This document shows, piece by piece, positions 47,275-57,668 of a stretch of 64,000 nt of DNA. The stretch's first letter is position 1; each line of letters begins with the position of its first letter. The notes under the pieces are model-generated. The model saw only the letters and a program-made list of their open reading frames with translations, ran no database searches and was not told where the DNA came from. The position numbers and the translations under genes were made by a program. Source of the DNA: an uncultured delta proteobacterium (lineage in GTDB: Bacteria; Desulfobacterota; Binatia; Binatales; Binataceae); contig CAVVEB010000019.1 in assembly GCA_963747115.1 (NCBI GenBank), positions 5,824 to 69,823 of the forward strand, in the 5' to 3' direction.

Positions 47275-48861
47275 ATGAGAAAGATAGTGTTTGGCTCAAT
47301 TATCGCGGCCGGCCTATCTTTGATGACCGCGCCACCAGCAAGTGCGTTAGCACCCGGTTTGTGCGGGCACAGTTACGCAATGTTGATGACGGGAGGGAAT
47401 CCGCAACTCGTTTCGGCGACGGGAGGCACAGGCCTCCCCGGAGCGGCCACGCCCGCGTTCGGCATTGGTACGATCACGTTCGCTGCCGCCCAAACCGGAG
47501 CGACGAGTTGCGCCGTGACAGGCGGCGAACTTATCTATAACGCTGGCGATGTCCAGACCTACCCCATCGGCCTCTATTTCGGTCCCGCCGTTTGTTACAC
47601 CTCATCGTCCTTGCTCGGAACCGGAGTCCCGTGCTTTGACGGCCAGAACAACTTCGCGGCGGGCTTGCTGTCAAGCGGCGGCCCTGGCGGATCGTACATT
47701 CTGTCGTTTGCCGCGAACTACAGTTGGCTTGACGGGGAGGATGTTGAAGGTACCGTTCCATTCAGTTTCTGGATTCAGAACACACTGGGCAGCCTGATGG
47801 CCGTCGGAAGCAGTATCCCCGGTACCGTTGATCTCTCGCTGCCGGGAAATGGTGCTCCGGTCCTGAGCATCACATTGCAGAAGCAGAGGATCGTCCCTGT
47901 CGCAACCACCTATGGTGCCGCCCCCCATATCGGGGAGGCGGCCGTAAGCTGCTTGGCGCAAGTGGCTAATTCAACCGATTCGGTCGCAGCCAGTCAGGCC
48001 GCAGCCGCCAACGGCTTTGGTCCGACCGTCACGGGCGGTTTTGAATCGACTGCAGGAGCGATCGCGATCTTTACGGCACCTGCCAGCGGTCCTGCCTGCC
48101 AAGCGGGCGGAAACTTGAGCTTAAACAGCAACGACAACTACGTCAGTTCCGGCACACCGCCCAGCAATAACAACTGCGCATTCTCATTCTTGCCAGGAGA
48201 CTGCATCGAGGGGTACTCCGCTTCGCAAACCGCTCCTACCTTTTCGACTACCGCCTCGCAATTCGCTGATGGCACTAGCAACGGTTCCGCCTTCGTAGGA
48301 ACCAGCGGCTCGAACTGCAGCAAGGCGCTCACTGCGGGTGCGGGATACTCCACCAGCGCCGTGCAGTGGGGCGGCGCGGATTTTGATTCGTACGTAATGC
48401 CGACCGGTCTTGTTACTACTGCGACCGGGTACGTACCTGCAGGCGCTTCGTCGGTCTGCACCGAGTACGAACAACTACCAACTGCTCCCAAAATCACCAA
48501 CCAGGTCGTGACCACTCTAATCTCGGTAATTACGCCTAGATCGAACGGCCCCAAGATGGGGTATGTTAATCTAACCAACCCCACCGAAGCTGACTGCGAC
48601 ATCGAGATCTCGATGCCCTCGGTGAGCGGTGGCGGCTGCTTTCTCGACTTGGCCTATCCTGGTGGGGACTCCGTAGCGAACCCGGTGGAGACGGATGTGC
48701 CGGGCCCGGCACCTGCCACGCTGGTCGCAACCACAGACTGCCTATGCAACTTCCCGTCTGGGACGGTCAGCGCGGTCTACTCGACGTTGACGCTCTCGTC
48801 TGTGCAATGCCCGCTGAGCGGCACAACCTCGTACACGATCACGTGCAAGAACTACAGATAA
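47275..48861 (+). CDS. secreted Cys/Gly/Ser/Thr-rich hypothetical protein
   Basis: The ATG at 47275 follows AAGGAGAGG. Signal peptide MRKIVFGSIIAAGLSLMTAPPASA. About 16 Cys residues. No domain recognised. Confidence 0.65.
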   Translation: MRKIVFGSIIAAGLSLMTAPPASALAPGLCGHSYAMLMTGGNPQLVSATGGTGLPGAATPAFGIGTITFAAAQTGATSCAVTGGELIYNAGDVQTYPIGLYFGPAVCYTSSSLLGTGVPCFDGQNNFAAGLLSSGGPGGSYILSFAANYSWLDGEDVEGTVPFSFWIQNTLGSLMAVGSSIPGTVDLSLPGNGAPVLSITLQKQRIVPVATTYGAAPHIGEAAVSCLAQVANSTDSVAASQAAAANGFGPTVTGGFESTAGAIAIFTAPASGPACQAGGNLSLNSNDNYVSSGTPPSNNNCAFSFLPGDCIEGYSASQTAPTFSTTASQFADGTSNGSAFVGTSGSNCSKALTAGAGYSTSAVQWGGADFDSYVMPTGLVTTATGYVPAGASSVCTEYEQLPTAPKITNQVVTTLISVITPRSNGPKMGYVNLTNPTEADCDIEISMPSVSGGGCFLDLAYPGGDSVANPVETDVPGPAPATLVATTDCLCNFPSGTVSAVYSTLTLSSVQCPLSGTTSYTITCKNYR

Positions 48862-49060
48862 GGGCGAATGGAGATATGACGTCGCATTCATTTCATGGAG
48901 AAACTCTTGGCTTAAATCTTTATCCGTCTTCGCCTGAAGCCGGAGAGCCTCCTCAGCATCGGCTTCGTGAAGCAGTCCAACGCTCGCCACAGTCCGCCCG
49001 GGCAGAACCTCCCGCTGCGCCCACAAGTTCGACTAAATTTTGAAGGAGGCGATAGCCGAC

Positions 49061-49150
49061 GCAGTGGACTTGTGATTCGCTGCGCTCGGAATCAGTTAGG
49101 CGAATCAAGGGCAAGTTCGAGACTTGGACTCTACCTGGGCCTTGTCCATC
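49061..49150 (+). repeat. dispersed intergenic repeat, copy B
   Basis: GCAGTGGACTTGTGATTCGCTGCGCTCGGAATCAGTTAGGCGAATCAAGG...GACTTGGACTCTACCTGGGCC. Confidence 0.85.
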
Positions 49151-49254
49151 ACGATCATCAGTGCGGTTTCTAGTTGCCGCGGACAATCTTGGTGATCTTG
49201 GACTATGCTTCGCGTTTGCTCGGGCAACTCAAGTGAGAACCGAGAACCTTGGGC

Positions 49255-50423
49255 TTATACAATTTCGCGGAACGCCATCGCCGGAACTACGCGCATCGCG
49301 CGAATCACCGGGCCGAGCGCGCTCGCGATACTCACCAGGACCGCCGAGGCGACCGCCGCTGCCGCCGTCTCCGGACGCACCTCTATATAGCCCAGCATCC
49401 CGGTTATTCGCCGAGCCTGATGCCGTGCGCAAAAGTCCAGAGCGCGAGCCCCGCACCGGCGATCGATCCGCCAAGGCCGATCAGCGCCGCCTCGGTGAAC
49501 AGCAGGATCCGCGATATGCGTCCGCGTGAATCCGAGCACGCGCATCACTGCCACTTCGCTGATTCGGTCGCGCACCATCATCGCCATCGAATTGGCGGCG
49601 ATCAGCAAAACCGTCAGCAGTACTACCATGCACAAGCTGTAGATGATCGCACGGATGTTGCCGATTGCGCTGACCACGTTGGCGACCGAATCGGACTCGG
49701 TCGTCGTCTCGGTTTCGGCGTCGGAGTTGTGGAAATTCTCGTCGATCTCGTCGGCCACCAATCCCATGTTTTCTTCACGATCGACACGCACCATGATGAA
49801 CGACGCCCGGTCCTGGATATTCGCTCCGTAAAGATTCTTCACCGCGTCGTCCAGCATCCTGCGATCGAACAAAAACGCACGTGACAAATATTCGGTCGGA
49901 AACTCGACAATCGGAATGAACGTCAGCGCGAGCTTCGCATCGCTCGGGATTGCGCAGCGTAAGCGGCTGACCGAGTTTCCATCCGTGCTCGCGCATGAGC
50001 GCGTATCCGACCATCGCGCTGCGGCGATCCGTCTGCATCAACTTCACCTTGTCCGGCGGTATCTGGTAGTCGCTGCTCCCGGTGACGCTCGCGATGTCGC
50101 CATTTATTCCGTAAGTGATGATCGGGTCCTTGGGATCGCGATAGATCGCGCCCCAAAGGATTTCCGGCGCGCATCCCATCACGTGCGCGCAGCTTCTTGA
50201 TCGGCTCGCAGTATCGCGCCGGCAGCCGGCCGTTATTGCGCTCGGTCACCACCAGGCGCAGCCCCTTCGATGCGTTGTCGGCGATCCGATCCATCGACCA
50301 CGGCACCGCGACCAGCACCGTGTAGATGAACACCGCGATGGCAAAGGTCAGCCCAGTCAGGATCGTCCGCCGAAGCTGGCGGCGCATGTTGCGCAAAGCG
50401 ATCGTCAGCAACCTGGCCGTCAT
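49255..50423 (-). pseudogene. FtsX/MacB-type ABC transporter permease, multiply frameshifted
   Basis: The N-terminus (LRNMRRQLRRTILTGLTFAIAVF) is in ORF 49923..50423, the periplasmic domain in 49775..50182 and the TM2-4 region in 49255..49887. Within the last, the segment RGRISRILLFTEAALIGLGGSIAGAGLAL is readable only in another frame. Confidence 0.8.
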
Positions 50424-50426
50424 TCG

Positions 50427-51589
50427 TCACGCCTCCCTCAGCGCGCTGACGATGCCGACTCGCGAAGCGCGCAAGGCCGGCATCAGCCCGCCCGCAACTC
50501 CAATAATCGCCGCCACCACGACGCCTGCCGCTATTGCGCCCGCGGTCGGTCGGTACGAGAAGAACATCGCGCCGACACTCATCGTGCGGCTGGTCAATCC
50601 TGTCGCCCAGGCGACCGCGGTCGCAAGCACGACGCCTGCGACACCGCCCGCGAAGCCGAGGATCACGCTCTCGATCACGAAGCTGCTCAGGATGTTGGCG
50701 CGGGAGAAGCCCAATACGCGCAGCACGCCGATTTCGCGCCCGCGCCGGGTCACGGCTGTATACATCGTGTTCATGCCGCCGAAGGTCGCGCCAATCGCCA
50801 GCGCGAGCGCCACGATCACTCCCAGCGTCCGCAGCTGCCAGCCAACACCGCCTGCGCGGCGTAGTATTCGGTTTCTGTTTCCGACCTGCAGGTCAGGCGG
50901 CCGTCGGCCTTGATCGCCTGCGCAAATTCAGCCGCGCTCCCGGGTTTCAACACTAGGTGTAGCGCGGCGGCGCCGCCGGCGTCCCAGTGGCAGTCATTGA
51001 TCAGGTCTTCGATATCGGTCCAGGCTTCCGATTCGCGTGCGCTGTCATTGTCGGAGAAGACCCCGACGATTTTCCAATCGCGATGCCCGTAGTGAGAAAC
51101 TCGCCCCGGCGCTGAAGATATGGGAATCGCGCCAACAGCCGTCGCCCGACCGCCCATTCCCCGTTGCCACGCACCGGCCAGTGCCCCTCCACGCAGATGA
51201 AGGTTCGAATGCACTTCGTAGGCAATCGGATCGACGCCGCGAAGAAGCGCGAATTCTTTGGCGCCCCTGGTCCTGCTGATATTTACTCCCGCGATACTCT
51301 CCGGCGAAAGGAGCGCTTGATGCTGCTCGTTGGTCGCGATTTCCGGACGTACTCGGAGGATTTCGATTGCCTGGTGGGGAACGAAGCTCTCGTTCTCGCT
51401 GGTCACGCCGCGCGCCATCACGATCACGTTACGATCTTCGCCGGCATTCAGCAGCGATTGCCTGAGCCCGGCGGTAAATCCAAAGACGATGACGAAGATC
51501 ATCGAGACGAGCGCGACTCCCAGTATCGTCATCAGCGACGTCGCGCGCCGCTCCAGGAGGCTTCGAATGTTGTAGCGAATCGGCACCAT
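50427..51589 (-). pseudogene. second FtsX/MacB-type permease, frameshifted
   Basis: ORFs 50816..51589 and 50427..50819 abut in different frames. Part of the periplasmic domain (VEGHWPVRGNGEWAVGRRLLARFP) is readable only in ORF 51001..51225. Confidence 0.8.
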
Positions 51590-51900
51590 CGCCCGCAGAC
51601 CTTCGTTTCAATTGGTTGTGCCTACCAAAACTCCGAACGCGCCCAAAAGTCTAGAGTTTTGGGTTGGACCGCCGCAGTGTTATCTGCATCAAAAGGCGTG
51701 CGTCATCGCGGTGGCGTCGCACCGCTCTGCGGCCTCTGCGTCTGCTGCTAGTCTTTGCTGAGAGGTCGGAACCATGGCTTCGTCTTGGGCACATCGCGCC
51801 ACTTCTTCGTTCGCGTTTCCAACTTGTCTGCATTTCAATTCCTCAGCGAAATGCGCGCCGACTTAGATAGGGGCTCTATCCGCGTTTTGGAGCCTTCGGG

Positions 51901-52025
51901 CGCAGTGGATTTGTGATTCGCTGCGCTCGAAATCAAGTAGGCGAATCAAGGACACGTTCGAGACTTGGACTCGACTTGGACCTTGTTTAGGACGCGGTGG
52001 ATACAGAATTCAGTGCGCTGGCCCC
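51901..52025 (+). repeat. dispersed intergenic repeat, copy C
   Basis: CGCAGTGGATTTGTGATTCGCTGCGCTCGAAATCAAGTAGGCGAATCAAGG...GACTTGGACTCGACTTGGACCTTGTTTAGG...GCGGTGGATACAGAATTCAGTGCGC. Confidence 0.85.
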
Positions 52026-52142
52026 ACAGCAACGCTTTGCGAACCGTGTAAAGCGCGAGCCGCTGATGCCGCGGCGGACATCCGTTTCACGCTTCGTGCA
52101 TTAGACGCCAAACGAAAGCATGCGCGCCGCTTGCCTCTGCGT

Positions 52143-52580
52143 TCAGCTTAGAATGCCTTTGCGGTCTAGTCTGACTGAATACCAGACTATCGAAGCAGCA
52201 GCGGCGAAGCCGATGAGCGTGCTGATTCCCCCAATTTGAGTCACGGCTTCAATCCAATTCGTTCCGAACATGGCGCGGACCGTGAGCATGAGGTTCAGGG
52301 CTAGGGCCCAAGCAAACAAGGCAACTGCGCTGCGACGAAGCCGGAAGAGTTGAATCGCCGCTAATGCGTTGAGGACGGTGAGCAGCACCGTGCTCAAATG
52401 GTCAAATATTGTAAGTTTGGCAAAATACTCCTCTTCAGCAGGATTCATTGGCAGCCGACCGGAGACGGCCAATCCTAAAGCCGTTAGCACAAAGATCATG
52501 CTCACAATTTCGGAGATGAAAATTACCCATACCGTGATGGGGCGTCGCACGCGTCGCGGCCCAGCTGCTGGTGAGACCAT
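52143..52580 (-). CDS. hypothetical membrane protein (4 TM)
   Basis: 145-aa hydrophobic ORF with no recognised family. Confidence 0.45.
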   Translation of the reverse strand: MVSPAAGPRRVRRPITVWVIFISEIVSMIFVLTALGLAVSGRLPMNPAEEEYFAKLTIFDHLSTVLLTVLNALAAIQLFRLRRSAVALFAWALALNLMLTVRAMFGTNWIEAVTQIGGISTLIGFAAAASIVWYSVRLDRKGILS

Positions 52581-52718
52581 AAGTGATGCTCGACTACATC
52601 GCGCGTCCCATGGGCGACATGAACGTCTGCGGTGCTCACGCGGCCCAGCTCATCGACCGGGCTGGCGCGAGGAATCTCGAAATCTCAATGTCTCGTCATT
52701 TCGAACAAAGAAGAAATC

Positions 52719-53207
52719 TTACTGCACCGAGATGTTGGTCGCTTGCCTTCCGATTAGGCGCCAGTGGCCGTCGTCGAGGTAATACACGTTGGTGTAACGC
52801 CGATTGATCTTCTTCCCCGAATTCGGAACGTCCCCTTTCGGAACGGCTATCTCGTAGCCCAGGGTCACGACGCAGTCGCGGTGGATGACCATCGCTTCGC
52901 GGTGACGCTCAAGTAGCGAATACTGTAGGCCGGTTTGCTGCTTCATCAGTTCAAGTATGTCGGTCTTTCGTAGAACCCGATTGTTCGGAGCGTTCACGGC
53001 TAGATCATCGCTCATTTCGAGGGCCACAGCGGCAGCTTTTCCGTTCAGGACGTTGCGTATCTCCTGCTCCTCGATTGTCTCGATGGCTTTGCGAATTTGG
53101 GCTTCTTCGTCTTTGGACAGATTCATGGTCGAACCTCCCGTTGCCAAAGTCGGATTTGTTGATACGGCAGCGACCGATACGATCACTCCAAGCCAGAAAA
53201 GCCTCAT
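52719..53207 (-). CDS. NTF2-like (SnoaL/DUF4440) family protein with signal peptide
   Basis: 162-aa ORF with N-terminal signal-like helix and a C-terminal ...YTNVYYLDDGHWRLIGRQAT pattern typical of DUF4440/SnoaL folds. Confidence 0.6.
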   Translation of the reverse strand: MRLFWLGVIVSVAAVSTNPTLATGGSTMNLSKDEEAQIRKAIETIEEQEIRNVLNGKAAAVALEMSDDLAVNAPNNRVLRKTDILELMKQQTGLQYSLLERHREAMVIHRDCVVTLGYEIAVPKGDVPNSGKKINRRYTNVYYLDDGHWRLIGRQATNISVQ

Positions 53208-53212
53208 TAAGA

Positions 53213-53692
53213 TCAGTGCTTCATCGCTTGCTCGACGAAGCGCATCACCTCACTGTGTGTCCTCACGTTGGATGGCTGGTGAACGATCTCAAACTTCAGT
53301 CTATCCGGTCCAAGAAAGTAGACTGCGTACCACCCTTCAGGGTCGTATGGGAAATCGCCGGGACCGTCGAGTATCTCGGCGCCGAGGTGCTTCGCTAACT
53401 GACATGCCTGATCAACTTGCTCGCGAGTATCGGTGTTGAACGCGATGTGATGGAGTCCGACCTCGTAGACCTCGAACGGATGCTTGGCGAACTGTGGCTT
53501 TGCTTCCCAGATGTTGAACACAGCTCCATTGCCGGCATTAACCGTCACTCTCAGGCGTTGTCCGTTCGGATCCTGGATCACGTCCAAAATGTTGTAGCCA
53601 AGAAACTCCAGGAATGGCTTGAAGAACCTCATCGCGTCGGTCAGATCGCTCACCGTGATCGAAACGTGGTTCATTGATCCGAGGAGTGGCAT
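53213..53692 (-). CDS. VOC (glyoxalase/bleomycin-resistance/dioxygenase) family protein
   Basis: 159-aa ORF with MNHVSITVSDL...GLHHIAF...LGPDRLKFEIV. Confidence 0.8.
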   Translation of the reverse strand: MPLLGSMNHVSITVSDLTDAMRFFKPFLEFLGYNILDVIQDPNGQRLRVTVNAGNGAVFNIWEAKPQFAKHPFEVYEVGLHHIAFNTDTREQVDQACQLAKHLGAEILDGPGDFPYDPEGWYAVYFLGPDRLKFEIVHQPSNVRTHSEVMRFVEQAMKH

Positions 53693-53718
53693 TGACGTGA
53701 CCTCCGAAATCAGACTTC

Positions 53719-54330
53719 CTACTCAGTCGCCTTCTTCGATGAAAGTTGCTCCGCGGGAGTCAGCCCGTCGGCCATTCCGGTGGGCAGACCGTCGATGCTG
53801 ATCAAGTTGTGCTCGCGCCAGTATTTCTCGATACTGCCGGGACCGCCCTTTTGCGCCCATTTTATGAGTGTGTCGCGCTCCGTCACTTCAGCCATTCTGG
53901 GGACAGCGTAACCGCACGAGGTCATCGCTGAATCGACGTGAATCTCGATGATCTGCCGCACTCCGGGAACCTTCGGGAAGAGGGCAATGAGTTCAGTCCA
54001 GCGCGCGTCCCTGGGGTGTACGACCACGCCGCGTCCGTAGATGCGTGTGATTCGCGCGGTGCTGTCAAACGAGCAGAACATTATCGTGATTCGGCCGTCG
54101 TGCAGCAGATGGGCGGCGGTCTCGTTGCCGCTGCCGGTCATGTCGAGGTAAGCGACATGCTTTTCGTCGAGCACGCGGAAAGTATCCATGCCTTTCGGCG
54201 ACAGGTTGATCCTGCTTCCCGTCGCTGCGGTCGCGACGAAGAAGACCTTCTGCGCGTGGATGAATTCGGTCAGCTCGGAAGTGACTTTTTCGAAGAATTC
54301 TGACACGACGGTTTTCCCCGGTGGCTGCAA
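53719..54330 (-). CDS. pyridoxamine 5'-phosphate oxidase family (FMN-binding split barrel) protein
   Basis: 203-aa ORF with FFVATAA.GSRINLSPKG...AYLDMTGSGNETAAHL..DGRITIMFCSF. Confidence 0.8.
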   Translation of the reverse strand: MQPPGKTVVSEFFEKVTSELTEFIHAQKVFFVATAATGSRINLSPKGMDTFRVLDEKHVAYLDMTGSGNETAAHLLHDGRITIMFCSFDSTARITRIYGRGVVVHPRDARWTELIALFPKVPGVRQIIEIHVDSAMTSCGYAVPRMAEVTERDTLIKWAQKGGPGSIEKYWREHNLISIDGLPTGMADGLTPAEQLSSKKATE

Positions 54331-54446
54331 AGATTACTTAATTCAAGGACTGTGCGCCGCGGCTGCCATCCGATCAATACATTCGGTGTGTGGGAGCCGC
54401 CTTCGCGGATGCTCCGATTGAGCCGACCGTCGTCGCAGTCCAGGTC

Positions 54447-54701
54447 ATGCGAATCTACTTCGACGCGCCTTGCAAATATTGCCGTGACGGGAGACGCGCC
54501 GCCACGAACGTCAGGCCCGTCGACTATATCGGTCGTCCGATGGGCGACCTGAACGTCTGCGGTGCGCACGCGGCGCAGCTCGTCGACCGGGCTCGCGCGA
54601 GGAATCTCGAAGTCTCGATCCGAGCAGCAACGGCGCTCGACCTTGCTCCTGCTTCGCGGTCGGGCCAGGATGCTGCGCGCGGATCGAGAAAAGGCTTTTA
54701 G
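54447..54701 (+). CDS. small CxxC...CxxH hypothetical protein
   Basis: MRIYFDAPCKYCRDG...VDYIGRPMGDLNVCGAHAAQLVDRARARNLEVS. A 5'-truncated ~98-nt copy of its central part lies at 52589-52686. The end of the real coding region is uncertain. Confidence 0.3.
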   Translation: MRIYFDAPCKYCRDGRRAATNVRPVDYIGRPMGDLNVCGAHAAQLVDRARARNLEVSIRAATALDLAPASRSGQDAARGSRKGF

Positions 54702-54702
54702 G

Positions 54703-55161
54703 TCACAGCGCCACTTTCAGCCCATGGCGGGCGCCAACTTCTGCGAGCTTTCCCACATCGGGATTCACCGGCGCGACTTCCCGGGCCAGGTCGGCGAACA
54801 TTTTCGAGGCGCCAAGCCGCGACGTCATCGAAAGCATTTCGCCGCCCTTGCCGAAGCGGAACCAATGCACAGTGCCCGCGGGAAGATGAACCAGCGTGCC
54901 CGCCGATGCCGTCGTCGACTCGGCGCCGATGCCGAAAGCGATCTCGCCTTTGATGACGAAGAAGGACTCGTCCCAGGGATGACTGTGCGGAGGCGGGCCG
55001 CTGCCTTCGGGCCCGCGCTGGAGAAAGATCTCATAGCCTTCGGTCGCCTCGCCCGATGCGAGCACGGTGATGTGTTCGCCGACGAGGTTGAGCGCGGGCG
55101 CGTAATCCTGTGGCGCGACAACGAACGGTTTTGCGGCCATCTCAGTTTTCTCCTTCGGCAC
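54703..55161 (-). CDS. cupin-domain protein
   Basis: 152-aa ORF with G.PPHSHPWDESFFVIKGE...GTLVHLPAGTVHWFRF. Confidence 0.8.
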   Translation of the reverse strand: MPKEKTEMAAKPFVVAPQDYAPALNLVGEHITVLASGEATEGYEIFLQRGPEGSGPPPHSHPWDESFFVIKGEIAFGIGAESTTASAGTLVHLPAGTVHWFRFGKGGEMLSMTSRLGASKMFADLAREVAPVNPDVGKLAEVGARHGLKVAL

Positions 55162-55333
55162 GCATCAGGATTGCTTCACCTACGAAGCCCGTTGCTCCCG
55201 TCAATAAAACACGCATTCCATTCTCCTTGTGCTGCTAATCGCGAAACGCAGGAATCACTTCCTCCGCGAAGGCCTGTACCTCATCCTCCGCTATCTGCCG
55301 CGCGCATCGCAGTCCAAGGAGGATAGCTTCGTG

Positions 55334-55771
55334 ATGGAAAAAGGCAAACGAGGATTGCCACTCACGATATTCGCGATCTGCTTCGGGCTTCTGGCTATTT
55401 TGGACCTGCAAAAGCTGTGGGGACAAATGCACGATCCGCGCGCGGGACTGGTGTTCTTCGGCACCAAGTTGACCGGCACCGCCGATCTGATCATCGCGCC
55501 GCTGTTCGCCGCGTTCCTGGCGATCTATGCGATCGGGATCTGGCGGATGAGGCGTTACGCAATGGCGATGGCGCACGCATATGCGACTTACGTGTTTCTC
55601 AACTTGCTGCTCTTCGGGATGAAGCATCACGACCCCAAAGACCGGGGTGGATTGCCCTACATGGTGATTTACGCGACGATCGCGCTTGGCGTTTCGATCG
55701 GTTCCGCGATTATCCTCACCCTTCGGCGTACGGAATTGACCGGAGGGCAGCGCCCTTCAATTCCGAATTAA
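55334..55771 (+). CDS. hypothetical membrane protein (4 TM)
   Basis: The ATG at 55334 follows AAGGAGG at 55316-55322. The track ORF starts at 55229. Confidence 0.55.
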   Translation: MEKGKRGLPLTIFAICFGLLAILDLQKLWGQMHDPRAGLVFFGTKLTGTADLIIAPLFAAFLAIYAIGIWRMRRYAMAMAHAYATYVFLNLLLFGMKHHDPKDRGGLPYMVIYATIALGVSIGSAIILTLRRTELTGGQRPSIPN

Positions 55772-55840
55772 CGGTTTGCGACGCGCCGCGAACCGTGAAG
55801 CTGATCGCGTCGATCACCTGCCCTGACGCCGAATCCAAAC

Positions 55841-55950
55841 TAGGCCACTTGATTTCTCGGAAACAGCCAAAGTCGAGTCAAAGTCCCAAAATAGCCATTG
55901 ATTCGATTAGCTGATTCGGCGCGCTGCGGATTGATAATCCGCTGCGCGCT
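55841..55950 (-). repeat. dispersed intergenic repeat, copy G
   Basis: ...CCAAAGTCGAGTCAAAGTC...TTGATTCGATTAGCTGATTCGGCGCGCTGCGGATTGATAATCCGCTGCGCGC. Confidence 0.8.
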
Positions 55951-56190
55951 TCGTTTATTGGGCGAAATCGATATCGATAAGGAGGGCGGCTCCGACGGAA
56001 AACGCTTGGGTCCCATCTTCTGGTCAGAGACCCGGCACACCCTTTTGGGGGACAAAGGCACTCCGCGAGTAGGGTTAAAAACCCGTCTCCTTCTCGCTCC
56101 CAGAAATTCTCGCGCACGAGTGGCCGTGCCATCCTCGTCTTTCGAGGTGGCTCCCACGCCCCCCATTTAGCCGAAAAATACTTTTTCGCC

Positions 56191-57288
56191 TCAGTAGTCC
56201 CCCAGCGCCGCCACGCGCTCGCGATGATACCCCGGCGACCCAAAATACGACTCGTCGAAGCGCGCGCGCTTGTACCACAGATGCATGTCATGCTCCCACG
56301 TGAACCCAATCCCGCCATGCATCAGCACCGCGCGATCCGTCCCCCGGCTGTAGATGTCGCACAACCGGGCCTTCGCCATCGACGCTTCCCGCGAGCCGCC
56401 CTCCTCCGCGCGATAGGCCGCATACCACAAGAGCGCGCGCGCCGGCTCGATATCCGCGACGATTTCCGCCGCCGCATGCTTCAGCGCTTGGAACGATCCG
56501 ATCGGCTTGCCGAACTGCTCGCGCACCTTTGAATATTCCACCGCCATCTCGAGCGCGCGCTCAGTCCCGCCAAGCGAGTCGGCCGCAATCGCAACGGCTG
56601 CCACGTCGATCAGCTTCGCGAAAAGCTCGGCGCCTCCGCGCAGCATCTCGGCGGGAGCGCTTTTCAGCTCCACGCTCGACACCCGCCGCGTCAGATCCAG
56701 ATTCTTGAGCGAACGAATCGTCACCCCCGGCGACTTCGCATCGACGACGAAAAGAAAAATTTCTCCAGCATTATTTTTGGCCGCAACCGCGATAAAATCG
56801 GCGACGTTCGCGTACGGCACCAACATCTTGACGCCACTGAGCCGCCATCCCGCGCCACTCTTCGCCGCGACCGCCGCGATGTCTGCCGACTCGATACTTC
56901 CGGCCGCCTCCACCACCGCGACGGTGCCAATCGCCCTGCCCTCGGCAAGCGCGGTGAGCCACTTCAAATTGATCTCTTTCGATCCGCCAAGCTTGAGAGC
57001 GGCCACCGCGAGCACCGACGAAAACAAAAACGGCCCCGGCATCGCCGCGTAACCGCCCTCTTCAAGAATCATCGCCATATCAAGCATCCCAAGCCCCGCC
57101 CCGCCAAACTCCTCGGGCACGATAAGCCCGCTCCACCCAAGCTTCGCGATCTGCCCATAAAGCTCGCGCGGATACCCGTCCTCGAGCGCCATAACTTTGC
57201 GCACGACAGTGGCAGGGCACTTCCCGCCAAGAAATGCCCGCGCACTCTCCTTGAGCTGCTGCTGTTCGTCACTAAGTCCAAAATCCAT
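56191..57288 (-). CDS. acyl-CoA dehydrogenase family protein
   Basis: 365-aa ORF with an ACAD N/M/C domain pattern (MDFGLSDEQQQLKESARAF...; ...HGGIGFTWEHDMHLWYKRA). Confidence 0.9.
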   Translation of the reverse strand: MDFGLSDEQQQLKESARAFLGGKCPATVVRKVMALEDGYPRELYGQIAKLGWSGLIVPEEFGGAGLGMLDMAMILEEGGYAAMPGPFLFSSVLAVAALKLGGSKEINLKWLTALAEGRAIGTVAVVEAAGSIESADIAAVAAKSGAGWRLSGVKMLVPYANVADFIAVAAKNNAGEIFLFVVDAKSPGVTIRSLKNLDLTRRVSSVELKSAPAEMLRGGAELFAKLIDVAAVAIAADSLGGTERALEMAVEYSKVREQFGKPIGSFQALKHAAAEIVADIEPARALLWYAAYRAEEGGSREASMAKARLCDIYSRGTDRAVLMHGGIGFTWEHDMHLWYKRARFDESYFGSPGYHRERVAALGDY

Positions 57289-57329
57289 GACTGTTACTTT
57301 CCTACTTAGTCCCTTTCTCCTTGTCCGTT

Positions 57330-57363
57330 CCTAACCCTCTCCTTGTCCAAGGAGAGGGTTAGG
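57330..57363. repeat. perfect 15-16-bp-arm palindrome (REP-like)
   Basis: CCTAACCCTCTCCTTG-TCC-AAGGAGAGGGTTAGG. A related hairpin, CCTCTCCT-CGGACA-AGGAGAGG, lies near 57477-57500. Confidence 0.8.
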
Positions 57364-57668
57364 GAGAGGTTTCACGCCCGCTGCCCCGCCTACTCTCGAC
57401 CTACAGCACCATTTGAGCGTCGCTGCGATGGCCCGCGTTGAACCTCACCCGGGCTCGCTTCGTTCCTCACTCGCCCGACCTCTCCTCGGACAAGGAGAGG
57501 TAGATAGTCGGATCTCTCCTCCCTAAAACTTCTAACAGGCGCGAAGCGCCGCATCTTGATTTTCCTATTCCTCACTCAGGTGCGGGGGCTGGCCCCTGCC
57601 CAGGGAAGCGTGAAACCCACGGCGGGTTTCAGGTCAGGATGTCGCGGCCCGAGACCACCGCTTACCCG

